From the NCBI GenBank assembly GCA_039024555.1, contig JBCCQQ010000042.1:1-56420 (forward strand): 56,420 nucleotides of DNA, written 5' to 3'. The translations under genes and the position numbers were made by a program. Positions 49,773 to 56,420 of this stretch are shown here, piece after piece. Origin of the DNA: Cyanobacteria bacterium P01_D01_bin.156 (GTDB taxonomy: Bacteria; Cyanobacteriota; Cyanobacteriia; Phormidesmidales; Phormidesmidaceae). Every line of letters begins with the position of its first letter. The stretch's first letter is position 1. The notes beneath the pieces were generated by a model. The model searched no databases, had not been told where the DNA came from, and was given only the letters and a program-made list of their open reading frames with translations.

Positions 49773-50274
49773 GGAGCGCTAAGTTCCTTACTAAATGTTA
49801 ACTACTATGCTCATAGAGAATTGTTTACTAAAACCGTCTCAATCCGACGCTTTGTCTCTAATCTGTTACAGACTTTAACAACGGGGCTTGGTAAAAACGT
49901 TTGATCTCCTGGCGTTATGCCTATTTGAGCATTTTTTTAGTTTTATGAAGACCGGTGCTATTTAGTTTGAAGTGCGTCGGTCTAATGGGTCAGAAATTGC
50001 CCCAGGAATAGCTGTTGCCATAGCAGCACCTCCCCATTCAACTGACATTGAGGCCGGGGGTGTGAATCATACCTTTAAAGCTGTTATTCAGTTGGAATGG
50101 ATGGTTGCATGCAAATGCATGCAAGGAATCTATGAATCTGAATTAGAATGTAGTTTCCATAACACCCATATAGGTATCGATTAAGGTATCACTACCAAAA
50201 CCCAATCTCTTAAAAGCGGCTCTTAAGGGCTGTCTTTAAAATAATTAGTATTTACAATAAATTCACTTTAGAGA

Positions 50275-50997
50275 ATGAATATAGCTTCTTCTGACATTGA
50301 TAGCCATGTCCCTAGCGTGTTAGATAACAACTCAAAAACGTTAGGTGGAGCATCCGTATTTCGTTCAGCCTTAGACTTAAAGCTAACTCGACTGCAGCGT
50401 GACGTTTTACGGATGGGGGCATTGGTGGAAAGTTCCTGCCTGATGGCCAGGGAAGCCCTGTGCGATCGCAACATTGATGCCGCCAGAAATCTAAAAGTAC
50501 ACGACAAGCAGGTGGATCAGCTCTATCGGCAGATTGAAGTAGACTGCATCAACCTGATTACCCTAGAAGCTCCCGTCACCAAAGATTTACGCTTGGTGAG
50601 TGCGCTCATGCAGATGATCCGTGACCTGGAGCGCATTGGTGACTACGCCAAGGATATTGGAGAAGTCTCCCTAAAGCTGTTTCCCTATCCGGTTCATCCC
50701 GCTATGGACCAGATGCAAGTCATGCTGGACCGCTGCCGTTCCATGGTAGCCATGAGTTTACTATCCCTGTCTGAACTAGACGCCGAGGCAGGCCATGAAA
50801 TTAAAGAAAAAGATGATGTCGTCGATGATGACTACGACCGTCTCTATGAGCTACTCGTGCAAACTCCCACATCTGCCAGTGTCGTTGAACCAACCGTATT
50901 GCTAGTGCTCGTCATTCGATATTTAGAGCGGATCGCCGACCATGCCACGAATATCGGTCGTCGGGTGGTATTTGTCGTCACTGGCGAGCGGCGCTAA
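50275..50997 (+). CDS. phoU: Phosphate signalling protein PhoU
   Basis: VLRMGALVE, PVTKDLR, DLERIGDYA, LERIADHATNI. Confidence 0.96.
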   Translation: MNIASSDIDSHVPSVLDNNSKTLGGASVFRSALDLKLTRLQRDVLRMGALVESSCLMAREALCDRNIDAARNLKVHDKQVDQLYRQIEVDCINLITLEAPVTKDLRLVSALMQMIRDLERIGDYAKDIGEVSLKLFPYPVHPAMDQMQVMLDRCRSMVAMSLLSLSELDAEAGHEIKEKDDVVDDDYDRLYELLVQTPTSASVVEPTVLLVLVIRYLERIADHATNIGRRVVFVVTGERR

Positions 50998-51388
50998 GGC
51001 GCTAGGGCGCTAGGGCGCTATTTATAAGTTATTTGAAACATATTTGACATAACTGTCACTTTGCGGAAAACTTATACCGTTCATATGCTAATTTGCTGGA
51101 GCGTGCTCGTCTGCGAGCAGTGTGAACGGTACGTTGCTCCCGTAAGCGGTGGGTTACAGTAACTTTTCAGGGATGCGTCTTGGGGGATTGCCCTTGTACC
51201 TTGGTCAGTTTCTGGTTGCTAACGGGGTAATGGCTGTAATCTGCAGACCGTAGGGCATCGTTTGGCATTTAGGTTTTGGTAGAGAGTCCGCTCTTGCAGG
51301 TTTCGCGAGGAAACAGTGTTCTCTATACCCGGTCTCTAGCCAAGAAACCAGTGGCATTGTTTCACTAACGCGTAGGATTCATCGCTAC

Positions 51389-53788
51389 ATGCACTTTTCA
51401 ATCGCTTCCCTGTTAGCTAACTTCTCCAACGACAAACTGGTCACCGCTAAGGCTCTAGAAAAAAAGCTGAATTGTTCTGATGAGGATCAGCTCAGCGATT
51501 TGGGAATTGCATTGGACGCCCTAGAGCGCATTGGTGTTTTAGAAAAAGAGCGCGGCAAGTATCGTCGTATTCATGAAGACGATGTTATTGAAGGTAAACT
51601 GCGCTGTTCTAGCAAGGGTTTTTGTTTTGCCATTCAAGATGAAGAGGAAGCCGACGACATTTACGTACGGGAAGCTCACCTTAACCATGCATGGAATGGT
51701 GACCGAGTTTTAGTAAAGGTGACCAAAGAAGGAAACCGACGACGCAGTCCTGAAGGGGAAGTGCAGCTGATTTTGGAGCGTGCCAATTCTTCAGTGCTGG
51801 CTCGAATAAGGCAGGCTGAGGATAACTTGCAGGCAGTTCCTCTAGATGATCGGCTGCTATTTCAGCTAGACCTCAAAAATCAAGCCGATGACGAGCTTAC
51901 CCAGGAAGATCTCCAGGCCGCGATTGATCACTTGGTGCACGTAGAGATTCTGCGCTATCCCATTGGCCAACATTTGCCCCATGGCCGGGTGGCCCAGATT
52001 CTGGGCAGCGATGCCGAAGCAGCAGCAGACATCGACATCGTTTACTGCAAGCACGATTTACCTCGGGCCTTTCCTGAGGAAGTGATGATGGCGGCTAAGG
52101 CGCTGCCCAATCGGGTGCGGAAGGCAGATATTAAAAAACGAATTGATCTACGGGACCAGCCCACCATCAGTATTGACTCTGACGGTGCCCAGGTAATCGA
52201 TGATGCCCTTACTCTGGAACAGCTTGATGATGGTAATTGGCTGTTGGGTATCCATGTAGCAGACGTTTCCTACTATGTGCCCCCCAATAGTCCCATTGAC
52301 CAAGAAGCCTATCGCCGGGGGACATCGGTGTATCTAGCCGATTCTCCTGTGCCGTTGTTGCCGCCGCCCCTCTCCACCTCCCTATGTGCCCTGTTGGAGG
52401 ATAAAGAGCGACTGACGGTTTCAGTGATGGTGATTCTTTCTGCTGAGGGAGAAGTGCTCACCTATGAGGTGCAGCCATCGGTCATTTGTAACGATAAGCA
52501 GCTGAACTACCACCAAGCTCAAGCCATTTTAGCTAGGGATGATGCGGAAGCCTTAGAGGCATTATCTGTTGACGAAGATGATTTAGCTGAGTTTGAAGAT
52601 AGCTTTGAACTCGTAGACCAGCTGTTTGAAGTCAGTGCACTACTACAGCAACAGCGCAATCAGCGGGGCTCGTTTGATTTGAATCTCCCCGATCATGTCT
52701 TCCCAGAAGAGGCCGGAGAAGAGTTGTCGCATTTTCTCTCTCCTAAGTTCCAGCACGATGATGAAGGAGGACTGGGCGTAATGGTGGTATCGGATCTGTT
52801 GCCCGCCCGCCGTATTGTTACTGAGTGCATGCTGTTGGCAAACCAGCTGGTGGCCAAACACCTCAAAGAGCTGGGGGTACCAGCAGTGTATCGTGTGCAT
52901 GGTACTCCAGACCCCAGTGATGTACAGGAGCTAATCAAGCTTGCCAACAACATGGGGCTAAATTTACAGCTCGAAGATGAAGAGGTGGTACTGCCTAAAG
53001 ATTATCTCGACTTTGTTGGTCAGTTTAGCCAGTCTAGGGCAGAGAAAGTGCTCACCTATTTGCTGTTGTCTACCCTGAAGCCAGCATCTTACACCAGCCA
53101 CCCCGATAATCACTTTGGGTTAGCCCTGGAGGATGGCTACACTCACTTTGCCTCTCCTGTACGACGCTATCCCGATTTGTTGATCCATCGGGTGCTTCAT
53201 GCCATCTTTAGTGACGGTCGCGATCGCAAAACCACCCGTTCTAGGGAGCGAGTGGACCTTAATAGCAGCAGCAGCCACGGCGGCCAGATTACTTGGAGTG
53301 TGCTGCCGCCGGACGTACACAGCGAGTTTGAAGAAAGCTTCCATCACATTACGACCCACCTGACCGAGCGGGAGCGGTTGGCCCAGGAAGCAGAATCTGA
53401 CCTTGAGGGTCTGAAAAAAGCTGCCTTTATGCAGGCCCACACCGGGGAAGTATTCCACGGGTTGATTACGGGTGTGCAGTCCTACGGTTTCTTTGTGGAA
53501 CTCGAAGAGCTACTGGTGGAAGGATTAGTGCACGTCAGTTCCCTAAAGGATGACTGGTATGAATATCGCTCTCGTCAACAAAAGCTGATGGGTCGTAAAA
53601 ACCGTCAACAGTACCGGCTAGGGGACCGGGTGGAGGTTCAGGTAAAAAGTGTTGACTACTATCGTCAACAAATTGACCTGGTGGCTGTGGGTGGCGGTAG
53701 TGAAGCCGTTGACGACGATGAGGACGACCTAACTCCGGATGAGCCCATGGCTCGGGACGATGATATGTATGACGATGGAGAAGAGTAG
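51389..53788 (+). CDS. rnr: Ribonuclease R family exoribonuclease
   Basis: CSD domains, SID..AQVIDDA, HVADVS, ECMLLAN, HFASPVRRYPD, C-terminal S1. Confidence 0.93.
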   Translation: MHFSIASLLANFSNDKLVTAKALEKKLNCSDEDQLSDLGIALDALERIGVLEKERGKYRRIHEDDVIEGKLRCSSKGFCFAIQDEEEADDIYVREAHLNHAWNGDRVLVKVTKEGNRRRSPEGEVQLILERANSSVLARIRQAEDNLQAVPLDDRLLFQLDLKNQADDELTQEDLQAAIDHLVHVEILRYPIGQHLPHGRVAQILGSDAEAAADIDIVYCKHDLPRAFPEEVMMAAKALPNRVRKADIKKRIDLRDQPTISIDSDGAQVIDDALTLEQLDDGNWLLGIHVADVSYYVPPNSPIDQEAYRRGTSVYLADSPVPLLPPPLSTSLCALLEDKERLTVSVMVILSAEGEVLTYEVQPSVICNDKQLNYHQAQAILARDDAEALEALSVDEDDLAEFEDSFELVDQLFEVSALLQQQRNQRGSFDLNLPDHVFPEEAGEELSHFLSPKFQHDDEGGLGVMVVSDLLPARRIVTECMLLANQLVAKHLKELGVPAVYRVHGTPDPSDVQELIKLANNMGLNLQLEDEEVVLPKDYLDFVGQFSQSRAEKVLTYLLLSTLKPASYTSHPDNHFGLALEDGYTHFASPVRRYPDLLIHRVLHAIFSDGRDRKTTRSRERVDLNSSSSHGGQITWSVLPPDVHSEFEESFHHITTHLTERERLAQEAESDLEGLKKAAFMQAHTGEVFHGLITGVQSYGFFVELEELLVEGLVHVSSLKDDWYEYRSRQQKLMGRKNRQQYRLGDRVEVQVKSVDYYRQQIDLVAVGGGSEAVDDDEDDLTPDEPMARDDDMYDDGEE

Positions 53789-53803
53789 TCGCTGACCTTT
53801 TCC

Positions 53804-54463
53804 ATGAGTTCAAATATATTGATCAAGCGCCCGTTGGTGCTTGGAGTTACTGGGGCATCTGGCCTGATCTATGCGGTGCGTGCTCTGAAACATCTGCTAA
53901 CTGCGGGTTATCAGGTGGATCTGGTGGCGTCTAAGGCGGTGTACATGGTGTGGCAAGCCGAAGAACAGGTACGTTTGCCAGGGGATTTAGACCAGCAGGT
54001 GCAGTTTTGGCGTCAGCAGGCGGGGGTGGAGACCAGCGGACTGCTGCGGTGCCATGCCTGGAGTAATGTGGGGGCCACCATTGCCAGTGGTTCATATAAG
54101 ACCTCGGGCATGGTAGTCATGCCCTGCAGCATGAGTACGGTGGGTAAACTGGCCGCTGGACTGAGCGGCGACCTGCTAGAGCGAGCGGCCGATGTGCAGC
54201 TCAAGGAGGGCAAGCCCTTGGTGCTGGTGCCCCGGGAAACGCCGCTGAGTTTAATTCATTTACGAAATCTGACGGCGTTAGCGGAAGCGGGCGCTAGAAT
54301 TGTGCCAGCGATTCCAGCCTGGTATCACCAGCCCCAAACCATTGATGATCTGGTAGATTTTGTGGTGGCTAGGGCCTTGGATCAGTTGGATATTGACTGT
54401 GTGCCCTTAAAGCGTTGGCAAGGCCATGGTCAGGTGAGCGGTACGGGCGCGGCCCAAGCGTAA
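53804..54463 (+). CDS. ubiX: Flavin prenyltransferase
   Basis: GVTGASG, IASGS, PCSM, RAADVQLKE, PRETPL. Confidence 0.95.
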   Translation: MSSNILIKRPLVLGVTGASGLIYAVRALKHLLTAGYQVDLVASKAVYMVWQAEEQVRLPGDLDQQVQFWRQQAGVETSGLLRCHAWSNVGATIASGSYKTSGMVVMPCSMSTVGKLAAGLSGDLLERAADVQLKEGKPLVLVPRETPLSLIHLRNLTALAEAGARIVPAIPAWYHQPQTIDDLVDFVVARALDQLDIDCVPLKRWQGHGQVSGTGAAQA

Positions 54464-54475
54464 GGGGAAGGGGAA

Positions 54476-55213
54476 ATGGTTCGGATCATTGCGTTTCTGG
54501 TGGTGGTGGCGGCACTGGTGACTCTGGTGTTGCAAAATCTGACTCCGGTGCTGGGGCTGGTGGTGTTGGGCCAGACGACGGTGGAGCTACCGCTGGCGGT
54601 ATGGTTGCTGGGTGCGATCGCGGTTGGGGCGATGTGTACGTTGGTTATGTATCAGCTGGTGCCGCAGAAAAAGGCGTATCGACCGATGGGTAAGCGGTTA
54701 AGTGATCCGCCGCCTGCGAATCGGTTTGTTGATTCCGAGCCGCCGATTGCTAATCAGGTTCAGCCTCCTGCGGGCGGTGCAGACACTGGGCGAAATCCTT
54801 ATGATCGGGATTGGGATAATTTTCGAGCGCCGGAGCAGTGGGAGGATTGGGGGCAGCAGTCTGCGGCAGCAGATTACGGTCCTCGGGATAGGTCTAACAT
54901 GCCTTCTGATGATGATGCGATGCGGGATATTGAGTCGGGTTGGGAGGAGGAGGATTATCAGGCGTCTAGGCGGTTTGTTGATAGGCAGGAACCTAGTAGG
55001 CCGGATACGGGCTGGGATGATAGGGATTATCCTGCTGAGGGGGGGGAGCAGCCGCGCTCTTATGAGGAGGGTTGGCTTTATAACAACAGCTCGGGGGTGG
55101 AGTCTCGGGAGAGTGTTGAGGAGGAGTCTCCTCGGGCTGAGGAGGCTAATGAGGATGTGTATGATGCGAACTATCGGGTGATTATTCCGCCCTATGATAC
55201 GAAGGATAGCTGA
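54476..55213 (+). CDS. LapA-like 2-TM protein with disordered acidic tail
   Basis: LQNL.P...LG.....LPLAVW; C-terminal VYDANYRVIIPPY. Confidence 0.75.
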   Translation: MVRIIAFLVVVAALVTLVLQNLTPVLGLVVLGQTTVELPLAVWLLGAIAVGAMCTLVMYQLVPQKKAYRPMGKRLSDPPPANRFVDSEPPIANQVQPPAGGADTGRNPYDRDWDNFRAPEQWEDWGQQSAAADYGPRDRSNMPSDDDAMRDIESGWEEEDYQASRRFVDRQEPSRPDTGWDDRDYPAEGGEQPRSYEEGWLYNNSSGVESRESVEEESPRAEEANEDVYDANYRVIIPPYDTKDS

Positions 55214-55246
55214 TATCTTTTGACATAGGTGGTTTCAAACGTGAGG

Positions 55247-56113
55247 CTAACGGGTAGCCAACAAAAATATCAAAATTATTACTACGATTAGCAACAGTCC
55301 ACACAGTATGAGACTAAGGGTAAGCTGTTGTCGTAGTTTAGCAGTACGACGAGTTGCGATCGCATCTGCTTCCCTCATCATTTGTTTCTTATCTTGTTTT
55401 CGAGCGGCTTCTTGTTTAGCCATCTCTTGTTCATAGATATGAGACTGGCTATGCATTAAAAACTGGTGATGTTCTTCACTCAGGCTTTGGTTTCCAGCCC
55501 AGGCTCGGGCTTCTTGCAACGACTCCTTAGTAAGTAACCACCGAGCATCACAGTTTGAAGTTAGCCACTTATCAAGCATGGTTTGATAAGGGCACAGAGA
55601 TGTTAAACGCCGCTCTATCCACCAGGGTCTAAAGATTTCGCTATAGATTTTGTTGGCAATTTTGAGATACGCTCCTTCTTTGACAACCAAGCCCGTTAAC
55701 TGTAGTTCACTTTGTTCTGAGCTACCATCCATTAAAACAATGCACGACAGGATGACATTCTGATAAACTTCTAACATTCTCTGGATTCGGGAGCTGTGGA
55801 GCAACCGGTCCTGAATAGTTTTAAAATGTTCAGGCGTGTCTTGCTGCTGCCAATCTTGAATAATCTTTCGCTCAACAAGTTTGTCGATGTATGGGGCTGG
55901 GTATTCCCGTGGTTTAATGTCAGCTTCGGTGATGACAAGCTGACATAATTTTTGGGTGAGAAAGGGTTGTCCTCCGGTCCAGTCTAAAATGCATTTGATC
56001 AGACCTTCTGAGTAGTCTGACAGATGGGCTAGATCAGTACTTAAGGGTTTGGCTTCGTTTAGGGTGAAACCTTTGAGCTGGATGGCGGTACCGATATTAA
56101 GGGGGGTGCGATC
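55247..56113 (-). pseudogene. 3' half of an AAA_35-type NTPase gene (P-loop missing)
   Basis: Frame is open to 56113: DRTPLNIGTAIQLKGF...WTGGQPFLTQKLC...QDTPEHFKTIQDRLL; preceded directly by TGA, with no start codon or Walker motifs. Confidence 0.8.
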
Positions 56114-56115
56114 TC

Positions 56116-56217
56116 ATGCTTCACAGCATTGTAGACATCGCCAGGGGCAGATTTCCATGTGCCCAATCCCAATATGGGCATTTGATCACCGTTGCTAAAC
56201 CTAACTGAATTAACCAT
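56116..56217 (-). pseudogene. 5' fragment of an aldo/keto reductase gene
   Basis: Manual translation MVNSVRFSNGDQMPILGLGTWKSAPGDVYNAVKH with GGAG upstream; similarity ends abruptly at 56115. Confidence 0.82.
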
Positions 56218-56420
56218 CCGTCAACTCCCAAAGTAGACATTGCAACTTGGCACCAAATTAACAAGAAAATCTATATTTACGCTGACGGGGTTACACAACT
56301 GCTGCAAGCCTTATAAATTCAGTGGTTAAGAATGGGTAGATAAAAAAAGATAGGCTAGTTTTACGAACACGACCTATCACGCCCTATGATACCGTCAATC
56401 TACCAAAGCTATCTAGAGAA

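Larger units (their letters stand above)
1366..55363. repeat. Dispersed HIP1 octamers (GCGATCGC)
   Basis: Copies starting at 1366, 2550, 7696, 13786, 14243, 28232, 28832, 35066, 39224, 40154, 43596, 44279, 45759, 46171, 50462, 53220, 54614 and 55356; cyanobacterial hallmark. Confidence 0.9.

Noticed and set aside
49972..50184. 70-aa ORF between psaM and phoU
   Set aside because: GTG start, no motifs, and located in a divergent promoter region
50209..50242. Pho box upstream of phoU
   Set aside because: The TTAA units are spaced 13 bp rather than 11 bp and match the SphR consensus poorly

Overview
Chromosomal window from a filamentous-type cyanobacterium: it carries psaM, sqdB/sqdX and larB/cpmA, and I located 18 HIP1 GCGATCGC sites by eye. 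Most of it is core metabolism: HtrA protease, sulfolipid synthesis, a purine/urate catabolism cluster, gshB, prolyl oligopeptidase, PIN-PhoH, C-terminal protease, ribBA, phoU, RNase R and ubiX. Four accessory elements stand out. (1) A tightly coupled five-gene operon (V4R, V4R, unknown, cysteine desulfurase, SpoIIAA/STAS-like) facing a divergent GAF histidine kinase (27546-32436), my best candidate for an undescribed sulfur/metal/redox signalling system. (2) A two-gene module of an HsdR-N-type nuclease fused to a ParA ATPase plus a ParB-like/HhH/Rho-N partner (22457-24483), a candidate defence system. (3) A Ser/Thr kinase-macrodomain fusion (8968-10521). (4) A chimeric junction at a near-HIP1 site joining an aldo/keto reductase 5' end to an AAA_35 3' half (56108-56115). 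psaM is missing from the ORF track. No rRNA, tRNA, CRISPR array or transposase was seen. All family calls come from motif recognition by eye, not from database searches.
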